Position numbers and translations under genes: made by a program. The notes under the pieces were generated by a model that had not been told where the DNA came from, ran no database searches, and saw nothing but the letters and a program-made list of their open reading frames with translations. Positions 25,001 through 33,673 of a stretch of DNA of 64,000 bases are shown here, piece by piece; positions within the stretch are counted from its first letter, which is position 1, and each line of letters begins with the position of its first letter. Location of the stretch: positions 930,001 to 994,000 of the forward strand of contig NW_027590151.1 of the NCBI RefSeq assembly GCF_964213995.1. The letters are read 5' to 3'. The stretch comes from Mustelus asterias. Its lineage: Eukaryota.

Positions 25001-25027
25001 CAACTCTTCTAGCTCCCCTCCCCCCAA
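22022..25027 (-). CDS. CR1 ORF2p (AP endonuclease plus reverse transcriptase)
   Basis: LNARS, ITETW, GDFN, SDH; [27 protein letters not shown]. 1001 codons without a stop; the track's start codon is TTG. Confidence 0.95.
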   Translation of the reverse strand: MGGGELEELTRIKELIDGVEDAGVRGITKLMVEERVQVNEGGNLDKGVEGEGVRDSSKRVQIKAGIRTLCLNARSIRNKVYEFMVQISTSGYDLVAITETWLKGDQDWEMNIQGYQAFRKNRQEGKGGGVALLIRDNIRVVLRDDIGSEEQNVESLWVEMRNSRGRKTLVGVVYRPPNNNVEVGRAINKQIRDACKNGTAIIMGDFNMHIDWQTQVGKGGMEEEFLECCRDSFLEQHVTEPTRERAILDLVLCNEVGRIKDLIVKDPLGSSDHNMVEFLIQMEEEKVWSQTSVLCLNRGKYDRMRDELAKVDWESRLAGRIAEEQWRIFMEILFSSQQKYIPAKNKDCKKRENQPWITKEIKESIKIKTAAYRVAKNSGETSDWEKFKKQQRETKKAIKKGRIDYEARLAINIKNDSKSFYKYIKRNRVARVNVGPLEDERGELIVGNEDMAESLNKFFVSVFTVEDTNSLPNINDRGLAAGEILNIINVTREAVLGRLMGLKVDKSPGPDGMHPRVLKEMSEVIVDALVIIYQNSLHSGVVPVDWKTANVTPLFKKGRRQKAGNYRPVSLTSVVGKMLESIIKEEIAGHLDRNGSINQTQHGFMRGKSCLTNMLDFYEDVTRAVDGGEPVDAVFLDFQKAFDKVPHKRLLKKMRAHGVGGSVLKWIGDWLSDRKQRVGINGCFSGWRKVTSGVPQGSVLGPQLFTIYIDDLEEGTECRVTKFADDTKISGKVNRVEDGEDLQRDLDRLSEWARIWQMEYNVDKCEVIHFGGNNNKWDYYLNGNKLKHATVQRDLGVLVHETQKPSLQVQQVIKKANGMLAYIAKGIEYKSRDVLMHLYRALVRPQLEYCVQYWSPYMRKDILALEGVQRRFTRLIPEMRGLDYEERLRRLGLYSLEFRRMRGDLMETYKIMRGLDRVEAERFFPLSKEVKTRGHSLKIKGGRFKTELRRNFFSQRVVNLWNSLPTEVVEATSLNMFKARIDGFLIGKGIKGYGDQAGKWY

Positions 25028-25032
25028 CCTAT

Positions 25033-25962
25033 CTAGTTTAAATTCTCCCCAGTAACTTTAGCCAACCTACCGGCCAGGATATTGGTCCCCGTGTGATTCA
25101 AGTTCCACCCGTTTTTTGTATACAGATCACCCCTGCCCCTAAAGAGGTCCCAATGGTCCAGGAACCTGAATCCCTGCCCCCTGCACCAGTCCCTCAGCCA
25201 CACATTCATCTTCCACCTCACTCCATTCCTGCCCTCACCTTCCCGTGGCACAGGCAGTAATCCTGAGATTACTACCTTTGCTTTCCTCTTTCTCAGCTGT
25301 CTCCCTAATTCCCTGTACTCCCTTTTCATGACCCCTTCTCCCTTCCTACCCACATCAGCGGTACCAATATGTACCGCTACCTCAGGCTCCTCTCCCTCCC
25401 ACCTCAGGATTTCCGGGACGCGACTAGCGACATCCTGGATCCCGGCCCCAGGGAGGCAGACCACCATGCGAGAATCCCGCCTACCTCCGCAGAAACGCCT
25501 GTCTGTCCCCTTCACCATCGAGTCCCCGATTAATACCGCCTTCCTCCTCTTTTCCTTAGCCCTCTGAGTTACAGGGCTGGACTCCACTGCGGAGACACGG
25601 CCACTGCTGCTTCCCCCAGGCGGGCTGTCCCCCCCAGCAGTACTCAAGCAGGAGTACTTGTTGTGCAGGGGCAAATCCACTGGGGTGCTCTCAACCACCC
25701 TAGCCTTACCCTTCCTGGCCATCACCCACTTGGCCTCCTCCCGTTGCCCTGGTGTGACCACCTGATGATAGCTCTTGTCTATCACCTCCTCATTCTCCCT
25801 CATCAGCCTAAGATCCTCGAGCTGCAGTTCCAGCTCCCTAACACGGTCCCTCAGGAACCGCAGCTCGACACACCCCTCACAGATGTGGATGTCCGGGAGG
25901 CCAGATGCCTCCAGGACCTCCCACATCCTACACTGGGAACAACACACTGTTTTCACACTCAT
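25033..25962 (-). CDS. CR1 ORF1p (zinc finger plus SGNH esterase)
   Basis: MSVKTVCCSQCRMW..CEGC; LIGDSMVKG; ends GENLN*. Confidence 0.9.
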   Translation of the reverse strand: MSVKTVCCSQCRMWEVLEASGLPDIHICEGCVELRFLRDRVRELELQLEDLRLMRENEEVIDKSYHQVVTPGQREEAKWVMARKGKARVVESTPVDLPLHNKYSCLSTAGGDSPPGGSSSGRVSAVESSPVTQRAKEKRRKAVLIGDSMVKGTDRRFCGGRRDSRMVVCLPGAGIQDVASRVPEILRWEGEEPEVAVHIGTADVGRKGEGVMKREYRELGRQLRKRKAKVVISGLLPVPREGEGRNGVRWKMNVWLRDWCRGQGFRFLDHWDLFRGRGDLYTKNGWNLNHTGTNILAGRLAKVTGENLN

Positions 25963-26090
25963 ACTGGACACTTTATGTCAAGTAAGACAGTGAAAAGTTA
26001 ATAAGAGTGTAAGGAAACAAAAAAATAAATAATTAATTAAAGTCAGAAAACCCACTCTCTTACCCTCAGCCTGCTCCTGGGAACAAATCC

Positions 26091-26962
26091 CTGATATTAA
26101 CAACTGATATTAAACCCAAACAACTGAGATTAAACCCAAACAACTGAGATTAAACCCAAACAACTGATATTAAACCCAGAACAACTGAGATTAAACCCAG
26201 AACAACTGATATTAAACCCAAACAACTGAGATTAAACCCAAAACAACTGAGATTAAACCTAAACAACTGATATTAAACCCAAACAACTGAGATTAAACCC
26301 AAACAACTGAGATTAAACCCAAACAACTGATACTAAATCCAAACAACTGATATTAAACCCAAACAACTGAGATTAAACCCAAACAACTGAGATTAAACCC
26401 AAACAACTGATACTAAATCCAAACAACTGATATTAAACCCAAACAACTGAGATTAAACCCAGAACAACTGAGATTAAACCCAAACAACTGAGATTAAACC
26501 CAAACAACTGAGATTAAACCCAAACAACTGAGATTAAACCCAAACAACTGAGATTAAACCCAAACAACTGAGATTAAACCCAAACAACTGATATTAAACC
26601 CAAACAACTGATACTAAATCCAAACAACTGATACTAAATCCAAACAACTGATATTAAACCCAAACAACTGAGATTAAACCCAAACAACTGAGATTAAACC
26701 CAAACAACTGATATTAAACCCAAACAACTGATACTAAATCCAAACAACTGATATTAAATCCAAACAACTGAGATTAAACCCAAACAACTGATATTAAACC
26801 CAAACAACTGAGATTAAATCCAAACAACTGATACTAAATCCAAACAACTGATATTAAATCCAAACAACTGAGATTAAACCCAAACAACTGATATTAAACC
26901 CAAACAACTGATATTAAACCAAAACAACTGATACTAAATCCAAACAACTGATATTAAACCCA
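26091..26962 (+). repeat. Minisatellite, 20-bp unit caactga(g/t)a(t/c)taaa(c/t)ccaaa, about 43 copies
   Basis: Head-to-tail units with no spacers. Confidence 0.96.
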
Positions 26963-26964
26963 AT

Positions 26965-27082
26965 TCATCCGTCACCTGATGAAGGCGCAGCGCTCCGAAA
27001 GCTCGTGCTACCAATTTTAACCTGGTGTTGTGAGACGACTCATTGTGCCGACCCCAGTCCAACGCAGGCAACTCCACATCAT
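26965..27082 (+). mobile_element. Penelope-derived fragment with a minimal hammerhead motif (26973-27007)
   Basis: CAC-CUGAUGA-A-GGCGC-AGC-GCUCC-GAAA-GC-UC-GUG. Confidence 0.72.
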
Positions 27083-28418
27083 GGCCAATTCATCCAATCA
27101 GCTCACAGACCCTTTGATCTCCAATTCATTACGTCAGAGCAGCTTCAGCGAATCAGTCAAGTTGTTTTTTAGAGAGACGAGAATTCACTGCAATATTGGC
27201 CCCTTACACAGCGTGGGAGGTGATGGCCGTGAGGGGAAACAGTTAATGTTGTTGTAACAATGTCGGAAGTTCCAATTCGATAGTTTCAATATTTTGCATA
27301 TCTCTTTTCATATTATATCAAATTGAAAACATACACAACTAAGAACCAATGTCCCAAAATACCTTTTTTTGATTTTGGGATGCCTCGCATTTAACATCAG
27401 CGGGGTTCTTATCAAACATCACAGCAGCGGGTGGGGGCGGTGGAGGGGGAAGGGGTATGGTTCCATAGATTGATCTTCCAGATTCAATATCATCGAGGAG
27501 ATTCTGAACAGGCGTTGGAGTGTGGTGACTCGGGGATTTTCACAATAACTTAATTTCAGTGTGAATGTAAGCCTACTTGTGACTAATAAATAAACTTTAT
27601 ACTTGCCTCAGAATGTTCCTGGAAACATCTCTTTTCTCAGGAAATCCATCTCCGGCCTCAGAATTTATATTTATCTAAATTAACTGCATCTAACACTCGT
27701 AGGCAATGAGTTTCTGGTTCTTAGCGCTCGCTGCGGAAAAATGTTCCTTCCAAATCTTCTCTGCGCCCGCCTTGCCAAAAATCTTTAAATTTGCCTCTTC
27801 CCCCTCAAAACTTATCCTAATTTAGTCCACCTCGATTAAATCACTCCTCAATCTCCTTCGCTCAAATGGAGAATAATCGCAGGGTCATAAACCTCGCTAA
27901 TTTTAACTTTTCTAAACTAAACTTACTTCAAAGAAATTCCTCAATGGAATTTAACTAGAATTTCTCAACTTTTGAAAAAACATTTCGATGGAACTTGAGT
28001 ATTTTGTGAACTTCTTTCTACGAAAGATATTTAAATTAAATTCCTTCGCAGAGTTTTACAAATTTTCATCAACTTATTAGAAACTATTTTCACCATTTTG
28101 AAAAATGTAAGATTTCCACGTTATTTATCTAGAAATTCCCAACTTTTTAAAAGATAGCTTAAAATACTTTTTCCAAATAATTTCACGAAAATTCGTAATT
28201 TAAAGAAAATAATTTAAACATACTCAATGAAAGTTTATCAGTGGAATCTTACTTAAAATGGCCAACTTTCTTTTGAAAATTAATGACCTAAGATAAATTT
28301 CTTCATAGAAGGTGACTGGATTGAGTAAACATTTGTCTGAATTGGTTTAAAGTTACTGAAAATACATTTTTTCATCGAAACTGAAATGGAGTTTACGAAC
28401 TATTTTTAAAATTTACAG

Positions 28419-28491
28419 CGAGCCAGCCAGGAGTCGAACCTGGAATCGTCTGATCCGTCGTCAGACGCGTTATCCATTGCGCCACTGGCCC
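28419..28491 (-). tRNA. tRNA-Arg(ACG), variant with U33>G
   Basis: GGGCCAGTGGCGCAATGGATAACGCGTCTGACGACGGATCAGACGATTCCAGGTTCGACTCCTGGCTGGCTCG. Two differences from the vertebrate Arg-ACG sequence as I recall it. T4 run 7 nt downstream. Confidence 0.85.
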
Positions 28492-28769
28492 ACATACGGG
28501 GAATTTGCAACATTTGCTACATATTGGCCAGACGGTTCCAAGCCGGGCAGAAACCAATACGTTTAAGTGAGGAAAGATTGCTTAATTAATATTTTATTTA
28601 CTGCCATCCCTAATGGCCCTTGAATTCAGTCAATCTGCTGTGTTGGAATTCAGCCTGCTTCTCTGCGTTTAATTTCCAGCGACAGTAACACGACTCAACC
28701 CCTAACTACTCCCTCTGTGAATCCACTGCCGAACATTACCCGAGTAGAATATCTTACAATCAAAGACAT

Positions 28770-29350
28770 TGGCTCTTACTTATGCCTAAAAATACATTCA
28801 GGGAAAAAGAGAAGTGCTGAAAATTCACAACAAAATGAACAGGAAAGAAGATGCTCTTATTGTGACTCAGGAGACATTTTATCAGTTCGAGGTGGCTACA
28901 AGAGCAGGTCAGAGGCTGGGAAACCTGCGGCGAATAACTCACCTCCTGACTCCCAAAAAACAGACCACGATCTACAAGACACAAATCAGGAGTGTGACAG
29001 AATACTTTCCACTTGTCTGGAGGATGCAGGAATTCACCAAACGCACATTAGACAGCACCTTCAAAACCCAAGACCACTACCACTGGCAGGTTTGCCCCCA
29101 TTCCCCCGATCCACTGCATACCCCCTCCCCCCCCCCCCCCCCCCCCAACTCAAGTCACTCAGCATTCTGATTTGGAAATATATCACCGTTCCTTCACTGT
29201 CATTGGGATAAATTCCTGGAATTCTCTCCCTAACAGCACTGTGGGTGTACCTACACAAATACACTGCAACGTTTCAAGAAGACAGGTCACCACCACATTC
29301 TCAAGGGTAATTACTGATGGGCAGTCCATGCTGATCTAACCAAGCGACAC
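28770..29350 (+). mobile_element. LINE 3' fragment (RT C-terminus and 3' UTR)
   Basis: TTIYKTQIRSVTEYFPLVW; tail ctaacagcactgtgggtgtacctacac is similar to about 3710-3800. Confidence 0.65.
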
Positions 29351-29753
29351 CCACATGAACAAAAAGAAACATCCAGCCAGTTCCCCGAACCCGCAGTCAT
29401 GGGGTCAGCTGAAGAGGTGAATGGGGATAAAATGAATGCCCAGTTGCATAGCCAACCCTGTTGAACGTATCATGATTGTCTATCGAGTGTGTTGTGCTGA
29501 TAGATTCCCCGCAGTTTGTGCTCAGGTTCTCAAACTAAACCCCATGAGAACCAATCCCTTCATCTGCACCACAAAGAAATAAACAAAATCTGCAATTTAT
29601 AGAATCTCATAGAATTTTGTGGGAGAGGACGCCACAATGGTTAGATCTGCTGCCTCAGCATGCCAAGTACGTTGTTTCGATTCCTGGTTTAGTCACTATC
29701 TGTGATGATGAAGATTTGCAGCTTTTACAAGCTGCAGCAATAGCACGAATGCA

Positions 29754-29826
29754 ACCCCATTGCCGTAATGGGTAAGATACTGGCTTTATAAACCACGGGT
29801 TGTGTACTCGAGTCCCATCTGGAGTG
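29754..29826 (+). pseudogene. tRNA-Arg(CCT)-derived pseudogene
   Basis: 73 nt colinear with the GCCCCAGTGGCCTAATGGATAAGG..GTTCGAGTCCCA..GGGGTG scaffold. Many substitutions; anticodon now TAT. Confidence 0.75.
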
Positions 29827-29907
29827 TAGATATCAAACGGTTAGGTGTCCAACGCTGGCAAATGCATTTCCTATAGACCCTGGCTGTTCCTGGGAAGATG
29901 CATTTTG

Positions 29908-30030
29908 GGTTAGCACTGCTGCCTCACAGCGCCAGGGTCCCAGGTTCAATTCTTGACCTCGGGTCACAGTATGTGTGGAGTTTGCACTTTCTCCCTGTAG
30001 TTTCCTCCGGGTGCTCCGGTTTCCTCCCAT
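29908..30030 (+). mobile_element. HE1-like SINE fragment
   Basis: ggttagcactgctgcctcacagcgccaggg...ctccggtttcctccca. Confidence 0.75.
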
Positions 30031-30384
30031 AGTGATCTATCTAGATAGATAGTTATATAGTACGCTGCCTTCTGTTAGGCTTTATATATGTGCTTGTATA
30101 TAATGCAGTATACTGCAGATTCTGTAAATCTGAAATAAAAACAGAAAATGCTGGGTTATTTCAGTAGTTCTGGCAGTATCTGCGGAGCGAGAAACAGAGT
30201 TAACGTTTCCAGTCCAGATGTCAGATGGCCAACCCGGACACGATGGGCCGAAGGGCCCCTTTCCGTTCTGTAAAACTTTGTGCCTCTATGATCCTTTTTC
30301 GGAGTTGGCCAGCGGAAAGCAATCCCGCCGTTTGCACCCGAAACAAATCACAATACCTGACTTGGTCAAAAGGAGGCAATTAAA

Positions 30385-30475
30385 GGGCTCGTCTAGGATT
30401 TGAACCCGGAACCTCCCGCATGTCTCATCGACTAAAATACCCGAAGCAATAATCATGCTCTTCGACCAACCAACC
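30385..30475 (-). pseudogene. tRNA-Pro(CGG) pseudogene with a 19-nt insert at the canonical intron position (30421-30439)
   Basis: ..TTGCTT-CGG-G-[TATTTTAGTCGATGAGACA]-TGCGGGAGGTTCCGGGTTCAAATCCTAGACGAGCCC; 72+19 nt. Confidence 0.8.
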
Positions 30476-31120
30476 TACCCAAAAGCAAGCGTAAGCAAAA
30501 TATAGCTCATTTCTCTTTCGCCAATGCAGTTTAGCCATCTCTGATGAAAGCCGACATTGTTGAAATAATCCACCACATCAGCATTTGTGGACTTAAAGCT
30601 CCAGCAAAATATCCGCCCAATATTGCTAACTCGACTGGGCGCTTTTGTGTATAAAGTACACATATTACCCGTCAGGCTACACAAAGAATGCCGAGTGCCA
30701 AGCTGAACGAACGAGAATATTTGCAGTATATCAACAGTAATATCAACTTTGAAAACTCATAATATATCTCGTGAAACAATATAAGTTTGCTATCAATGCT
30801 AAAATATTTCTGTTCCGACATTTGCTCTTTTAATTACATTTTCTCAATAATGTTACTGGCCACGACTGGAGACTGCAAATAGCCCCGAGCCTGAACGCAA
30901 CATGGTATCGTCCTGCCCTCTGGTGGCAGAGATATGGAACTACAAAATGCAGCTTTCTCCCACCTATGAATCTTCAAGACTCATGTTTGTGTTCGACAAT
31001 TTCCGTCGATTAATTCTTCCGCGTTTTTATTTATTCCCCTTTTCAAATCTGAGACTGCACCTCGGGTGTAGAATCATTTTTCATGAATCTACCTCTTCTG
31101 GAAAAGGCAAACTTTTCCAG

Positions 31121-31320
31121 ATGTGGCTCATGGAGACTCTGTCACTCAGCCGCGGTCCGCAGCAGTTAAAACAGAAGAACAGGTGACTTTAAAATGGAGT
31201 TATAATACCACATTTTACCCTCTGAAAAGGGCAACATTCTGAACAGGTCAATAAAGTTACTTTTCGTACCTCCCTTGTTATAAGCCAAAGAAACCAAATT
31301 AGTCTGTTAATCCCTGACAC
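31121..31320 (+). pseudogene. TCR V pseudogene related to the 14498 V
   Basis: After acceptor ttttccag: VAHGDSVTQPRSAAVKTEEQVTLKWSYNT (first Cys changed to Trp), then a stop, then FRTSLVISQRNQISLLIPD. No RSS. Confidence 0.75.
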
Positions 31321-31850
31321 TATTCTGATTTGTAACCAATTTGTCCAAACTTTGGGTGTTCTCCCGATTTTGTCGTCCCAGGATTTGAACAGCGAACTCC
31401 AGCCATGATTTTCACAGATTTAGCATCATTTTCCCAAATAAATATCAACAGTCACAAAGACCGTGTCTAAAGAGCCGTAATTTAGATTTTTCGGCAGCAT
31501 GTGTGTCTTGTTCTGTATTGTAGTGAGGAATCCAGTCAACAGCCTAATTCCAGCGCGCAGAACCCGCCACCAGAGAGCGCCACATTCTAGCCTGGGTGCC
31601 AGAAACTCACGTGATATTATCACTGACACCTGCATGGATGGTAGGCTTGTGAGGTCACAATAGACACAGCCCCCCCCCCCCCCCCCCCAACACCCACAAA
31701 CACAGACACATAAACTCACACTGACCCACGCACACTGACACTCTCACAAACACACTCACTGCAATGAGCTGAACAGAGCCCGGGTTCCCTCTCTCCTTCT
31801 CAATCTCTGACTCACTCCGTTCCCATTCAGTGAGATAGATTCACTCAGAC

Positions 31851-32399
31851 ATGTTTCTGATCTTCCTGGCGGCGCTCTTGCACGGTAAGCACTGGGTAAC
31901 GTACATCAAGCCAGATAAACACATTAGATGGTAATATAATTAACCATCACAATTATCGATGTGAGGGGTGAATGGGGGTGGGGGAGGTGGGGGTGGGGGT
32001 GGGGGAGGTGGGGGTGGGGGGTGGGGGGGGGGGAGGGGCGGGTGCTGCAGAAACAATCGCAGATACAAACATTAACTCTTGATATTTCATTCCTCTACCT
32101 TCACAGGCGGACTGTGCGCAGATCCAGTAGCACAGTCATCGCTGCCAATAACCGCATCAGAAGGGGATTCAGTGCAGTTGGGTTGTGAATATACAGACAA
32201 GAATATGTACAGCATGCAATGGTATCAGCAGAAACCGACACAACCAGCGACATGGATTATTACCAAAGCATTAACAGTGAAGGAAGATGAAGTTTCAGGA
32301 CGATATCTGGCGGCTTCTGACGCGTCTAAACAGAACGGTTACCTCAATATAAGCACCCTCAGAGTGCAGGACGGGGCGGTCTATTACTGTGCAGTGAGG
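31851..32399 (+). CDS. T-cell receptor alpha-type V segment, apparently functional (leader 31851-31884, V exon 32107-32399)
   Basis: MFLIFLAALLH/GGLCADPVAQ..VQLGCEY..MQWYQQKP..YLNISTLRVQDGAVYYCAVR; GT-AG intron. Confidence 0.92.
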
Positions 32400-32438
32400 C
32401 ACAGCGTTAGATTAAAGCTAAAACCCCGTACAAAAACC
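32400..32438 (+). promoter_or_regulatory. Recombination signal sequence, 23-bp spacer
   Basis: CACAGCG + 23 nt + ACAAAAACC. Confidence 0.95.
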
Positions 32439-32748
32439 TTAGCGAGTATTTACAACTCCATTCAGTTTCCTCCTGCGCGAATGGTTTGACCCGGCTTCAA
32501 GAAGACAGTCATTTCTATTTAGGGTAGAGCCGACGGGATGATTGGATACCACCTGAAAACTCTGTCAGCAATAAGCCAATAAGCAGATGGTGTTATCTAA
32601 TATTCTCTTGATTCTCGATCCAGTGATCTCAGCTCTTCCTCCCATTGATTCTGTAGGATGTGACATCCACTGCTCTCAGCTTTATCTCGTTCGATATTCT
32701 GCAACTTTCGGAGACACAAGTCCCTGGAATCCAGGAGCAGCAGCAGCG

Positions 32749-33673
32749 ATGCGGAGCTCCCTTCTCGCTGTTTTCTGGGTGACATTCATTGTCGGTAAGA
32801 AGTTTGAAACTTGAAAAAGAGTAAAAGGGAGTTTAATTTATGGAGGAAGAAGTTTGAAAAGCAGGACTTTCGTGTTAAACAAGTATTAGACCTGCCTTAG
32901 AGCACAAATGAATCTTTGTTTGTGGCTTTGGTCTTTTGGAGAACAGGTTCTAAAAGCGCACAGCAAAGGCGATTTAAAGAGATGGTCCCAGGGTTGGAAG
33001 ATGAGAGCTATCAGAAAGCATTATAAAAATTATGATTACTCTCTCTCTCTGGACGAGAAGACGATCAGGTAATCTGACTGATTTCTGGACAATGATGATC
33101 AAATCAATTTAAATAATAATAAAGCAAATCAAAGAGATTTAGTGTGCTGGACGGGGAGAGGATGATTCCATCTGGGGAGAATTACATATCTGTGTCCCAT
33201 AAATCTAAGTGTAACAAAAAGATCAACTGGGAATTACAGAGAAACTTTTTTTGAAAGAGTTCTGTGGAAGTGACTCACACTGACACAATGAACTGTTGAG
33301 GAGAGGAGTAACGATGCATTTGAGGGCAAACTAGAGAACCCGCTGAGGTAGAAAGGGATAGAGGTATTTGAGATGAGGCAGGAGGGAGGATTCTCCGAGG
33401 GATTGTGAAAGGGGACATAGATCAGTTGGAGTGAATGTGTTAGAATTTAATACCTTCTTTTATGTTGCACTGATTTTTCACCCTCGCTTCAAGTGAACTT
33501 TTAATCAATGACTTTTGTTTGTTAACCTTGTGTTCTCGGTCTGAACGATGGAGATTCTGTTACTCGGCGGGAATCCTCACTCACACAGACAGAGTGAGAA
33601 GATGTCACTTTAATCTGCACCTATACCGACGATGCTTATTATTTATTCTGGTGTTGTCAATACCCAGGCAGAC
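32749..33673 (+). pseudogene. TCR V pseudogene (leader 32749-32794, V exon 33539-33673) truncated by a CR1
   Basis: Leader MRSSLLAVFWVTFIV|gtaag. Acceptor mutated to [46 protein letters not shown], then LINE sequence. Confidence 0.85.

Larger units (their letters stand above)
16833..25713 (+). repeat. Segmental duplicate, copy 1 (pairs with 37181-46063)
   Basis: Offset of about 20,350 bp, near-identical sequence and duplicated ORF track. Confidence 0.97.
21921..26085 (-). mobile_element. Apparently full-length CR1 LINE, family B, with both ORFs open
   Basis: (TTCTTATG)n 3' tail at 21921, ORF2 22022-25027, ORF1 25033-25962, 5' UTR to about 26085. Confidence 0.95.

Noticed and set aside
22223-25055. 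Many plus-strand ORFs within CR1 copies
   Set aside because: They are antisense shadows of ORF2.
26091-26962. CRISPR-like or telomeric array
   Set aside because: Units are contiguous with no unique spacers, the context is eukaryotic, and the unit is not TTAGGG.
27890-28410. Very AT-rich tract with A/T runs beside tRNA-Arg
   Set aside because: No period, terminal repeats or ORF could be established.
29754-29826. Ile-TAT or suppressor tRNA
   Set aside because: The body is an Arg-CCT scaffold with broken stems and a damaged B box; the anticodon change looks like decay.
31121-31320. Leaderless supporting V-delta of a NAR-TCR cassette
   Set aside because: It keeps the signal-peptide end (VAHG), lacks the first Cys and an RSS, and no NAR V-D-J lies upstream.
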